Source: Thraustochytrium aureum | Lineage: Eukaryota | Assembly (NCBI GenBank): GCA_012862495.1 | Contig: BLSG01000269.1 | Location: 72,381-93,689 of the forward strand | Reading direction: 5' to 3' | DNA: 21,309 bases | Shown here: positions 8,032-17,920 of the stretch, in pieces | How the letters are laid out: each line of letters starts with the position of its first letter | Numbering within the stretch: the first letter of the stretch is position 1 | The notes under the pieces: generated by a model | Told to the model about the DNA's origin: nothing | What the model saw: the letters and a program-made list of their open reading frames with translations, nothing else | The model's database searches: none | Made by a program: the position numbers and the translations under genes

Positions 8032-10131
8032 CTAGAATAGCTTTTTCTTGACCTTAGTCGAAGATTCAGCCGAGGCTTCCGCAGGGCTCGGCTCCGAACG
8101 CTTGGCGCGCTTTGCTTTTGGAGCGGCATCCTTTGGCGCGGAGAGGCGCGCATGGGTCTTGTCCAAGTCGTCGAGCAGGTTGTCCAACACGACCTTTCGC
8201 TTCTGCACGCGCGTGTGTTTGACGGCAGACTCCCACTGATCCGGGTGCTTTTTGAAAAGGTGCACCTTGCAGTGCTTGAGGAGGTCCTTGCCATGCTTGG
8301 TGCCTGCCAGCCGGCGCTCCTTCTTGCCGAGCGCCCGGGCCACAATCGACTTTTCTTTGAGCGCGCCGCCATCGTAAGCTTTGCGAATGACGTGGCATCC
8401 GAACTTGCTGGCAGCGATGTCGGCCACGTCATCTTTCAGTTTTTGCAAGATTCGCTGCTTGGCCCAGCCAGCCCCCGCCGGCGCGTCCATGAGCGCCTCC
8501 ATCATGTGGCGCCCAGCCACCGGATCCAAGCAGCACTGTTTGAGCGCGGCCGCGCTCATCGAAGCCACGCTCTCCGGCACGACCCGGCAGCTCTCTGGGG
8601 CGAGCGACACCAGCGCCCCAACGAGCTTGGCCCCCATCACATTGACACTCACAGCAGTGAACGTGGCCTGGTCCCCCGCAGGCGCCTCCTCCTTCTCCAC
8701 GCCCTCGCCGCTACCGTCGTCCACAGCCTCAGAAGCAGTCGTGTCGACCTGCGCCGCCTTGGGGCTGTAGCGGAGCTCCAAAAGTGCCTCCACGGCGCCC
8801 TTGCGTTCCGAGTCTCGTGCGCTGTCCCTCTCACGCACCGCGCGGACGATGGCCCGACAGAGACGGCTTTGGAGAGCCTTGTCAGCGCGCTTGGCGGCCT
8901 CGGTGAGGCGCCAAACCACGCCGAGTCGTGAGCGCAACAGAGTGGGTAGCTCAGGCTCGAGCTCTTCGAGAGCCATGGCGCACTGCTCTGCGGTGCGCAT
9001 GGAGGACAGCGCCTCTTGAAGGACGTAGTTTGACATCTCCCCGCGGCATGCTTCGGCCATCCTGCCTTTGAGGCACTCTTGAAAGATCAGGTCTTCGAAG
9101 ACTTGGTCGTCACAGCTTCGTACAATAATTTGCATCAGGTGGCTCGCGATGCGGTCTCGCGAGTAGAGCTCGAAAACGGCTGGATCGCAGCTGTCCCCTC
9201 CCGCGGGGCACAGGACCTTGTTCAGCACGGCTTTCCACGCCTTGTGGCGCGGCTTGCAGCTCCCGAGAAGCAGCTGCGCCACCGGGCTCGCGTATGTGTC
9301 CGTGCAGGCCTTCTTGAGATCGTCCGCGGACCACTTGGACATGGCTGCCAAAAAGGAGTGGAGGGATGCGTTCATTTCCAGCTCGATCTTGCCCGAGCGA
9401 CGCGCGCGCTTGGCGCGCGCCCCGCCCGCCCTGGCGTCCGTCGTCCCCTTCGTCTGCCGCTTTGCTTTCAAGGTGGCTGGGTCTTTCCCGGCAAGCACAC
9501 AAAGGAGCGAGCGCACAACGTGCGTGGCACATGGGTCGAACATGAGGTCCCACCACAGTTCCTTGGCGACCAGCGTCATGCAAAGGTCGCCGAGCGTGCC
9601 ATGCAAGGCGAGCTGACCGGCTTCGCCCGAGCCCTCCTGGTCGTCGTCCGACGCGTCGGAGTCGTCGGCATCTTTGCTGTTCGTGTCGCTTGCGTTTCCA
9701 TCTCCTGCGGCGGCCTTGGCGGACGTCTTGGACTCCAGAACCTGGTGAGCGCGGGACAGGAGCGCCTGAACAACGTGCGAGCCTTGACGGTCGGTGCAGA
9801 GAACGCCAAAGTACCGCTTCATGTTGTTGAGAACAGAATTCAACTGCGCGGCGCTAGCCTCGCGCATCAGCGCCTCCAGAGGCGGCGCGGTTCGGCGATT
9901 GCAAGCCAGGCTCGCCTCGTGTCCGCTCACCTCGTCGAGCACGTTTCGCACGAGCGCGCAGCGCTCGTCTTCGTCTAGCGCCGACGCCAAAGACCCGCCA
10001 ACGCTCTTCAGGTATGCGACCACCTCGTCGGCGGGCTTGCGAGGCCGCTGATCAGACCACCCGACATCACCGCCCTCCTCGTCCTGCTCCACCTTCGCGA
10101 CCGCCGGGACGCCAAGAATGGACTCCGCCAT
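8032..10131 (-). CDS. NOP9: Nucleolar protein 9 (Pumilio-like repeat protein, 18S rRNA maturation), 699 aa
   Basis: ATG 10131 to TAG 8032. The N-terminal pattern EVVAYLKSV...ALVRNVLDEVSGHEASLACNRRTAPPLEAL is Nop9-type. PUF-like recognition motifs include GSHVVQ, ATHVVRS, ASPVAQ, ASHLMQ, SNYVLQ, GRHMME and GCHVIR, followed by a basic tail. Confidence 0.92.
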   Translation of the reverse strand: MAESILGVPAVAKVEQDEEGGDVGWSDQRPRKPADEVVAYLKSVGGSLASALDEDERCALVRNVLDEVSGHEASLACNRRTAPPLEALMREASAAQLNSVLNNMKRYFGVLCTDRQGSHVVQALLSRAHQVLESKTSAKAAAGDGNASDTNSKDADDSDASDDDQEGSGEAGQLALHGTLGDLCMTLVAKELWWDLMFDPCATHVVRSLLCVLAGKDPATLKAKRQTKGTTDARAGGARAKRARRSGKIELEMNASLHSFLAAMSKWSADDLKKACTDTYASPVAQLLLGSCKPRHKAWKAVLNKVLCPAGGDSCDPAVFELYSRDRIASHLMQIIVRSCDDQVFEDLIFQECLKGRMAEACRGEMSNYVLQEALSSMRTAEQCAMALEELEPELPTLLRSRLGVVWRLTEAAKRADKALQSRLCRAIVRAVRERDSARDSERKGAVEALLELRYSPKAAQVDTTASEAVDDGSGEGVEKEEAPAGDQATFTAVSVNVMGAKLVGALVSLAPESCRVVPESVASMSAAALKQCCLDPVAGRHMMEALMDAPAGAGWAKQRILQKLKDDVADIAASKFGCHVIRKAYDGGALKEKSIVARALGKKERRLAGTKHGKDLLKHCKVHLFKKHPDQWESAVKHTRVQKRKVVLDNLLDDLDKTHARLSAPKDAAPKAKRAKRSEPSPAEASAESSTKVKKKLF

Positions 10132-10201
10132 CCCAGACCCGCCACACCACGGACGGCTCAGATCTCCAGGCAAAAGCGCCAGGCCCGCCAGGCGCACAAG
10201 C

Positions 10202-10269
<68 letters not shown>

Positions 10270-10273
10270 CGAG
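10202..10273. repeat. Compound trinucleotide microsatellite [(CAG)9 CAA CAC GAG]x2
   Basis: Directly visible 36-bp higher-order unit duplicated, just before a gap. Confidence 0.97.
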
Positions 10274-10298
10274 CACCAGCGGCTGCCGCGGCGCGTTG

Positions 10299-10893
10299 NN
10301 NNNNNNNNNNNNNNNNNNNNNNNNNNNNNNNNNNNNNNNNNNNNNNNNNNNNNNNNNNNNNNNNNNNNNNNNNNNNNNNNNNNNNNNNNNNNNNNNNNNN
10401 NNNNNNNNNNNNNNNNNNNNNNNNNNNNNNNNNNNNNNNNNNNNNNNNNNNNNNNNNNNNNNNNNNNNNNNNNNNNNNNNNNNNNNNNNNNNNNNNNNNN
10501 NNNNNNNNNNNNNNNNNNNNNNNNNNNNNNNNNNNNNNNNNNNNNNNNNNNNNNNNNNNNNNNNNNNNNNNNNNNNNNNNNNNNNNNNNNNNNNNNNNNN
10601 NNNNNNNNNNNNNNNNNNNNNNNNNNNNNNNNNNNNNNNNNNNNNNNNNNNNNNNNNNNNNNNNNNNNNNNNNNNNNNNNNNNNNNNNNNNNNNNNNNNN
10701 NNNNNNNNNNNNNNNNNNNNNNNNNNNNNNNNNNNNNNNNNNNNNNNNNNNNNNNNNNNNNNNNNNNNNNNNNNNNNNNNNNNNNNNNNNNNNNNNNNNN
10801 NNNNNNNNNNNNNNNNNNNNNNNNNNNNNNNNNNNNNNNNNNNNNNNNNNNNNNNNNNNNNNNNNNNNNNNNNNNNNNNNNNNNNNNNNNNNN
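10299..10893. other. Assembly gap (N run)
   Basis: Continuous Ns. Confidence 1.
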
Positions 10894-11095
10894 TTGGAAC
10901 AGTACTCTGCAATGTCTGCGCCGGGGCGCGGGGCGCTTGGTGTCAGCACGCCCGCCCCGCGTCCTTGGAGCATGTCTTTTGTGTAAACATACATTCATTT
11001 TATAATTTCAAGGCAAGAACGTAGAGCAATGTGGCGCCCGGCGACGAGCCAAATAGCCGCCCCCGCGAGCCTGCCTCCGCCTTTGCAGCTGTTGC

Positions 11096-12374
11096 TTAGC
11101 CAGATAGAAGCATGGCCACGACCGTGTACCGCAGCACGACGCTGACGAGGAGAGCCACGCAAAACGCGACCTGGAAGCTCAAATTCAACACCATAGAGAC
11201 CCGACGGACCACGGACTGCGAGCGCCCGTGAATCGGAGCCAGCTGGTAGCTTACCGTCTTCAAATAACCAGAGCTCGCAGCAAAGAGACCGGCGGCCACG
11301 CAAAACGAAAAGTCGTTCAAAGGGATTGCGTCCTTGCCAAAGGTGTAGAGGAAGAACGCTGGCACGAAAACAAGGACGCGAGCACAGCTCACGACTTGCA
11401 AGACCTTGGGAGACGAGATGCACGGAGGGAGGACCACCGTTGCAGGGCGCGACAGCGTGTCACTGAACGTCTTGACGTAAAAGAGGTCGGTTGCGAGGCG
11501 CGCCCCGGCCGCCATTGTCCCCTTCTCTGATGGTACAAACGAGTAGAACGGGAAGATGACGATCGAGCCAAAGATGGTCAAGAAGAGCCCAACAGCACAG
11601 CCCCAGGCCTCGTTGACGGCGCGGTACCACCCGTACTGGTCGGGCGGACTCCGGGTCCCCGTCGCTGCTTGCGCCACTGCTCTCCGCTTGCTCGCAGGCG
11701 CTAGCGGCACCAGTCCCGAGGATCGGCTCGCGCTCGTTGCCGAGCGGCGCCAGCGCGAATCTCGCAAAGTAAATCACCGCTGGAACGCATGCCGCCGAAA
11801 GAGCTCCTATTGCTCCAAAATAGGTCCACTTGGCTTCGCGCATATTCGGCGTCATCGGGTCCAAGTCGGCAACGCGCTGGGCCGCAAAGCAGGCAAGGCT
11901 TGACGCCTGGTACCCAAACGTGAGCGCGGCTTCGAAAGAGCCGCCGCTCTTACGATAGGCCGAAGCTCGCATTACCATTTGCGTCGCGTAGCCCATGGCC
12001 GCAGCGGAGAGCACGCCAACACAGGCGGACAACCCAAGCACGGCACCGAGCATCTCAGCCGCGGCCAAAGCGAACCCCAGACCCGCCATCCCCAAGAACG
12101 CGCCGACGATTCGCCGCGCATCGCACCAGAGCCTGTCCTGCGCGGTGCACTCGCTTGCCTCCCAGTCGCTCACCGCGATCATCATCAGGGCGACAGGGAA
12201 CGACGGCAAGTACAGCGCCATACTAATCCACAAGAACGACCCTTGCCCAAACTCCATCGTGTAGCACCCAATGCCGCCAAGCACCGCATTCATGACCGCG
12301 GACACGCCGGCCCCGACCACAAACGCAGCCACAGTCAACCTGTCGGGCGCCCGCAGCCCCAGTTTCCGGCCCAT
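11096..12374 (-). CDS. Equilibrative nucleoside transporter (ENT/SLC29 family), split across two frames in the central loop (~11640-11770)
   Basis: The N-half (frame of ORF 11460..12668, from MGRKLG at 12374) has six TM helices, including FVVGAGVSAVMNAV and ALTFGYQASS. The C-half (ORF 11096..11767) has five, including LFLTIFGSIVIFP, FSDTLSRP, ARVLVFVPAFFL and LFAASSGYLKT. This 6+5 topology and the motifs match ENTs. Confidence 0.8.
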
Positions 12375-12727
12375 TCTTCCCCAGCGCGACCGCAGCTCCA
12401 AACCTGCCTCGGTGGCTGCGGGTGCAACTTGCGAGCCGCAATCGACAAGCCGATGCGGGTCGGCAGACTCGGCACTGGCGCGGGCAGCAGCGCGACGGGC
12501 GATTGGGCTCTGCTCGTACGCGGGGCGGGCGCGCGTGGAATTCAACCAGTCAGAGACTGTCACAACAGTCATCATCATCACCGAGTCGGTGAGACTCAGA
12601 GGACGCAAGAACAACGAGCAGCTCGCGACCTGCGCCTTACACACGAAAGAACAACAACGAACAGGCAAGAGCCTTCGCCTTACCTACTTTTAAGGTAGGA
12701 AAGAACAAAGAACATATCGCTCACAAG

Positions 12728-13046
12728 NNNNNNNNNNNNNNNNNNNNNNNNNNNNNNNNNNNNNNNNNNNNNNNNNNNNNNNNNNNNNNNNNNNNNNNNN
12801 NNNNNNNNNNNNNNNNNNNNNNNNNNNNNNNNNNNNNNNNNNNNNNNNNNNNNNNNNNNNNNNNNNNNNNNNNNNNNNNNNNNNNNNNNNNNNNNNNNNN
12901 NNNNNNNNNNNNNNNNNNNNNNNNNNNNNNNNNNNNNNNNNNNNNNNNNNNNNNNNNNNNNNNNNNNNNNNNNNNNNNNNNNNNNNNNNNNNNNNNNNNN
13001 NNNNNNNNNNNNNNNNNNNNNNNNNNNNNNNNNNNNNNNNNNNNNN
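12728..13046. other. Assembly gap (N run)
   Basis: Continuous Ns. Confidence 1.
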
Positions 13047-13048
13047 CC

Positions 13049-13151
13049 TGCAAAGAGCAGCTCACTGCTCATCAGGTTGCAAAGAACAGCTCACTGCTCA
13101 TCAGGCTGCAAAGAACAGCTCACTGATCATCACGTTGCAAAGAACAGCTCA
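13049..13151. repeat. 29-bp minisatellite, ~3.5 copies visible (TGCAAAGAACAGCTCACTGCTCATCAGGT)
   Basis: Units start at 13049, 13078, 13107 and 13136 with few substitutions and no spacers. The array abuts the gap. Confidence 0.95.
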
Positions 13152-13344
13152 TGAACCCAACCTTAACCAGGGAATTATTTAAGGTACATGAGTGCATTTT
13201 CAGCAGATCAGATCAGAAGAGCGCGAAGCAGCGCAGCGTCTGTGCGGCTCGGCGGCGGATTGCGGGCGGCGCACGGCGCGTGATCCTGGCCATCGAGCTG
13301 ACCTTGCTCTCGAGCGCTTCAGGCGCACTGTTTGCGGCCGCCGC

Positions 13345-15161
13345 ATGTTGAGGCGGCTTGCTGGACGCGGGTTCGGCTTTGCAGAGCCAGGCTCGGGGCG
13401 CTGGTCGAACAGGCTGCGGACGACGACCACACGCAGGAACGCAAAGCTGTGGGCGGTGATTCCGACGATGGCGAGCGTTGCTGCTCAGGTGACGACCGCT
13501 GCGAGCAGCGGGCAAGCGGAATGCGCGAACTCTGCGGGGCAGCACCTGCGCGTGGCGACGTGGAACATTGCCGCGATAAACAACAACCCGTTCGAGTACT
13601 GGATCACGCACGAGGACGCGGCGTATAATGAGCTCATGCACAACGTGCAAGAGTTCATCACGTCCCCCGGCGAGCGCGACGTGGCCGTTTCAGAGGTTTT
13701 CACCGAGACCATGTTCCAAGAGCTAAAGGCCGCGCTTGCGAGCCACGGGCTGACCGGGCTGGACGAGACCGAGGCCAAGTGGAACGCGGAATACAAGGAC
13801 CGCAAGATCATCTCTGGATTCATGCAGGATCCCGAGATCGGCAGCAAGCGGCTGGCCTCGATGCCCGACCGCGTCACCAACACGATCAACCTCGCCGACG
13901 GGACGGCCGCGCACAGGCCCACCGCCATCAACAGCTTCGACGGCGATTTCTCCTCGTTTCAGGACTGGTGGGCGCAGTGGAAGCGCTTTATGTTCGAAGA
14001 TGAACTTGCCGTGAAGCCCGGCAAGCCGGCCGTCCGCGGGATGGACCTCCTCGTACCCATCACGCGAGCCAAGTACCCGGCCGTCACCGAGGAGGAGGAG
14101 GCGCTGAGCCTGCCTCTGCAGGCGCTATGCGGCGCCATATTTGACGCAATCCTCATACACATGCTCAACCAAGTCTCGCCAACCTGGCAGGCGCTTCGGC
14201 ACGAGCTGAGCCATGCTCTCAACCGCAACAAGAACGAGCGCACCCTCGAGATCCTCGAAAAGACGTACGCCGACCTGGACGTCTTGTTTCTGCAAGAGGT
14301 TGCCAACGCGTTCGTGTCGAAAATGGCCGCAAACCCAGGTCTGGCAGCTCGCTTCCACGCCGTCGTGCCGGAGACCTCGGGGAAGCGGGACCAAAACTCG
14401 ATCGTGCTCCTGCGCAAGGACCGGTTCGACGTCGCGTCGGTGCGGGACGTCACGCCACTGGTACTAAAGCACTTTGAAGGCAAAAAGGTCCCCGTAGCGG
14501 AGGGCGACCTCGTCGCATTCACCGTGCAGCAGGCGGTTGGCGACGGCGAGCCTCAATCACTCCTTTTGGCCTCGTTTCATGGGGACNNNNNNNNNNNNNN
14601 NNNNNNNNNNNNNNNNNNNNNNNNNNNNNNNNNNNNNNNNNNNNNNNNNNNNNNNNNNNNNNNNNNNNNNNNNNNNNNNNNNNNNNNNNNNNNNNNNNNN
14701 NNNNNNNNNNNNNNNNNNNNNNNNNNNNNNNNNNNNNNNNNNNNNNNNNNNNNNNNNNNNNNNNNNNNNNNNNNNTCTTCGGGCTCGACGCCAATACCTA
14801 TGAGAAGGGCAAGCCGGGGAAGACGCAGGACGTGACCGAGTTTGCCAGCTTTTACGTCGAGCGCGGCCTCACGTCTTGCTGGGGCAACGCGCCAGACCCG
14901 AAGGAGTACACCACCTTCAACGCGCGGACCTACCTGCAGCCGCAGCTCAACAAGGCGGCAACCAAGGACGAGTTCCTCGCCAAGGGCGACGTCAACCCGA
15001 AGGACTTTGTGCTCTTCTCACCCGAGCACTTTGCCGTGGTCGGCGCCCCGCTCAAGGACAACACGGGAGAGCGAGCGTTCGTGGCCGACATGGCGTTTCC
15101 GACGCTAAAGTTCCCGTCAGACCACGCTGTCCTCTCCGTCACGCTGCAGTCGCAGCTGTAG
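13345..15161 (+). CDS. Endonuclease/exonuclease/phosphatase (EEP) superfamily hydrolase, probably mitochondrion-targeted; interrupted by gap 14587-14775
   Basis: EEP catalytic motifs appear in order: LRVATWNI, DVLFLQEV, ASFHGD, then after the gap FGLDANTY, KDFVLF and FPSDHAVLSVTL, ending at TAG 15161. The N-terminus from ATG 13345 (MLRRLAGRGFGF...) is Arg/Ser/Thr-rich and acid-poor. The frame differs across the gap, from imprecise gap length or an intron. Confidence 0.85.
14587..14775. other. Assembly gap (N run) within EEP gene
   Basis: Continuous Ns. Confidence 1.
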
Positions 15162-15517
15162 CCATCGCTCGCAGCACCGGCAGCGTCCGTCGCAACCAGG
15201 GCCAGCAGCAGCACAACCAGCCCCGAGCCTTGCAAGTGGCGAGCGCGCCCGCCCCGTTCGACGCAGCGCGCCGCGCAGCTGAGCAAAGGCAACAAGAGCA
15301 ATAGCAACCACAGCAAGAAGGTTCTACCCTGCCAGTCTGCGCGACTGATCTTCTCGGCCCGCAGGCCGTCGGTCGGGCTCGCCGGCCGCCACATCCTGAC
15401 CCGCAGATGATGGCCTTTTTTTCTTTTCAAAGTTGTTCTTGATCAACTCGAACTCGTTGTCGTCCGAGCGCCGAAAACAGCAGTCTGCCTCCAAAGCTGG
15501 AACTGACGCGGGCGAGG

Positions 15518-17887
15518 ATGGCGCAGGCGCGGCGCGCGGCCATCGCGGCCGTGGGCGGGCGCTTGGTCACGTGCGTGGTGGCCCTCGAAGACGACGACGG
15601 GTTTGCACTCGTGGCGACTGACCTGGTGCGGAGAGTTGGCGGAAATCGCGCTGCAAACCTGCAGACGACGGCCAAGCTCGCGCCGCCGCAAACGTTGTGC
15701 GCCGAGCGAGTCGCGCAGGTTCAGCGGCTGGACGCAGGCGGCAAGGGCGACACGCTTGAGATTGTGGGGAGCGGGCCTGCCTATGACGCGTCTGCTTGCA
15801 AAGAGCTGGCGGCGTTCGCGATCCTCGTGCGGGGATCTGACGAGACAGGGGAGGCCCGCCTACTTGTCTTCGCCGTCGATGTTGCCTCCGGCCTCGTCGC
15901 GGGCAAACTGCAGACGAGCTTGCCGCTCTCGTTTGATGCGGACTGGCGCGTTTGGGTAGCTTTTGATGCTGGCAGCCTGGCGTTTCTCGCCCGAGCGCAT
16001 TCGTCCAAGGGTTCCGCTGTGGTCTCCACCGCAGCGAACCTTTGCGCGACGGGTGACGCAAGCTCGCGCACAATTTGGGCAAGAGACGGTCATGGGCACG
16101 GGGCAACATGCGAGTCTAGTCCAGTCCTCGTAGACCCTGGACACTGCGAACTGGCTGGCTCGCACCGCGTTTTCGCTTGCGCAACAGGCGACTCGCTCAT
16201 CGAGTTTGTTCAAGGGCATCTCGAGACAGGCCCTCGCCTCGAGATCCCAGGCCGTGGGCTCGACGTGAGGGCTGCGTGGGTGGCGCCTCGAGACCTCGTG
16301 GTGTCTGTGCTTGTTGAGGATGGGCGTCTTGCGCGGTTCACCAGCTCACCGAGCAGACCAAGACTGCGCAGGCTCCCTCTTGCGCCCTCCGGTCTCTCGC
16401 ACGGTGTGGTATGCCAAAGCACCGGAGACCTACTGGGGAGTGGCTTTGATCAGATCCTTGTTGCGAGGAATTTTCAAGAGCTTGCCGATCAGCAGCTTTG
16501 CGTCGATCTACACGTTTTGGGGTCCGAGAATGCCTTTGAGGTCAGCGCTAGAATCCACCTCGGGCCTGCAGGAGGACGCTCAAAGCTCGACAGCATTTGG
16601 GAGCCCATTGTCCACGAGGCGACTGGAGTTAATGTCACGCCGCTGCCCGATCCTTCGCCAAGCAATCGCGGCAAGGGCGTCCTGGAGACCAAATCCAGAC
16701 TAGGGATGCTGCTTGAAGGGCGTCTCAGCGCAGCCCAGTCGGAGTTGAAGCAGCGCGAGGCCACGCTTGCGGCAAAGCAGCACCTCGTTGTGTTGTTAGA
16801 GCGCGAGAAGGCGATGGCAGCCGCTGTTGCCGCACGGGGGTCCATTGAAAGACCCTGTGAAGCGGGCGACTGTCCTGCTCAGGTTGGGCTCGACCAGTGG
16901 GAAGCGCGCCTTCCAGACAAAGTGGGGGGTCGGGGCGAGCGAGCCGCCTTGGCCTCTGAAGCGGCTTCAGCCGATGGAGCAAAGGGCCGGGTCAAGGAGG
17001 CTGATACGTGCATGTGCCCGAAACCGCCGCTGCACGTCGCGGTGACCAAGATCGTAACGCTACCAGCAACGTCCCTCTTTGCGCTGGAGGCTGTCGTCAC
17101 AAACCAAGGGGATTCCCGCGTTGGTGAGATCCAACTTGTGGCGTGGGCGGAGAGCAGACTCTGTCAAAGCTTTCCGTCCCGCGCGATTTCCGGCCTGGCC
17201 CCCAAGGAGAGCGGGCGCTGCGCCTTGTTCTGCCAACTCGGCGCCGCGAGCCCCCCAACCAAGGCCGACGCTCCAAATATACATTTAGTGGCCCGAGTCG
17301 CGCGCGGGGCGAGGCTCGACGTGTGCGGGCCGATTCCGCTGACCTCGGGACGAGGGCAAGCAAGCGAGCCCGAGCGAGTTGAAAGCGTCGCTCAGTTTCG
17401 TGCCCTCGTAGAGGAGCTCACGGACCCGCCTTTCCAGGTCGGTCTCGTGTTCGGGGCAACAGCCAGCGATCTTGGCGCAGGCCTAGAGGAAGCCCAGCGC
17501 CGCGCTGTAGCTGGGTTGTCCTCGACACCGTCGTCGTGGCTCCCGTTCCCGCGAATATCCTGCGTGGAACGCGGCACATACCAGTCGATTGTCAACGTCT
17601 GTGCCTGGGATGAGCAGAGCTTCAGCTGGGCGCTGGCCGCCGTCGACAGCGCGATGGGCGACGACGTGACGGTGCGCCCTGTCCCGTTGGCCATACAAGG
17701 GTGGCAAGGCGCCTTGGAGGGGTTTATCCTCTCTTCGTCGGGTGAGATCGAGACCGTCTGCGAGTCTGGATCGTGCGGACCAGAGAAACCGTCTTTCAGG
17801 CAGCTCGTTGTAGCGCAAGCCGCTACGGACGAGGCCTTTGCGGTACTAGCAGGAGCCTTGCTTGCCCTTGGCGGCCCAGGGCGGTAG
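15518..17887 (+). CDS. FANCB: Fanconi anemia group B (FANCB)-like protein, 789 aa
   Basis: Uninterrupted ORF. A beta-strand-rich N-terminal half ends in GDLLGSGFDQILV, resembling the recalled FANCB motif DDFIGSGTEQVLL. It is followed by a coiled coil (LEGRLSAAQSELKQREATLAAKQHLV), a beta-sandwich-like segment (VTKIVTLPATSLFALEAVVTNQGDSRVGEIQLV) and a helical end (QAATDEAF). This order matches FANCB architecture. The CDS is near-certain; the name is less so. Confidence 0.55.
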   Translation: MAQARRAAIAAVGGRLVTCVVALEDDDGFALVATDLVRRVGGNRAANLQTTAKLAPPQTLCAERVAQVQRLDAGGKGDTLEIVGSGPAYDASACKELAAFAILVRGSDETGEARLLVFAVDVASGLVAGKLQTSLPLSFDADWRVWVAFDAGSLAFLARAHSSKGSAVVSTAANLCATGDASSRTIWARDGHGHGATCESSPVLVDPGHCELAGSHRVFACATGDSLIEFVQGHLETGPRLEIPGRGLDVRAAWVAPRDLVVSVLVEDGRLARFTSSPSRPRLRRLPLAPSGLSHGVVCQSTGDLLGSGFDQILVARNFQELADQQLCVDLHVLGSENAFEVSARIHLGPAGGRSKLDSIWEPIVHEATGVNVTPLPDPSPSNRGKGVLETKSRLGMLLEGRLSAAQSELKQREATLAAKQHLVVLLEREKAMAAAVAARGSIERPCEAGDCPAQVGLDQWEARLPDKVGGRGERAALASEAASADGAKGRVKEADTCMCPKPPLHVAVTKIVTLPATSLFALEAVVTNQGDSRVGEIQLVAWAESRLCQSFPSRAISGLAPKESGRCALFCQLGAASPPTKADAPNIHLVARVARGARLDVCGPIPLTSGRGQASEPERVESVAQFRALVEELTDPPFQVGLVFGATASDLGAGLEEAQRRAVAGLSSTPSSWLPFPRISCVERGTYQSIVNVCAWDEQSFSWALAAVDSAMGDDVTVRPVPLAIQGWQGALEGFILSSSGEIETVCESGSCGPEKPSFRQLVVAQAATDEAFAVLAGALLALGGPGR

Positions 17888-17920
17888 CTTTTGAAAAATT
17901 GTTTCTGTATTCGCGGCTGC

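Noticed and set aside
10132..10998. Poly-Cys N-terminal extension of NOP9 (988 aa ORF) and poly-Leu/Ala/Ser ORFs
   Set aside because: These are readings of the CAG/CTG microsatellite plus the gap. Nop9 similarity starts shortly after ATG 10131.
11640..11670. Programmed ribosomal frameshift explaining the split transporter (and the break near 6165)
   Set aside because: No X XXY YYZ slippery heptamer or obvious stimulatory structure at either junction. An indel error or intron is simpler.
13049..13151. CRISPR-like array (29-bp repeats)
   Set aside because: The units are head to tail with no unique spacers, there are no cas genes, and the context is eukaryotic.
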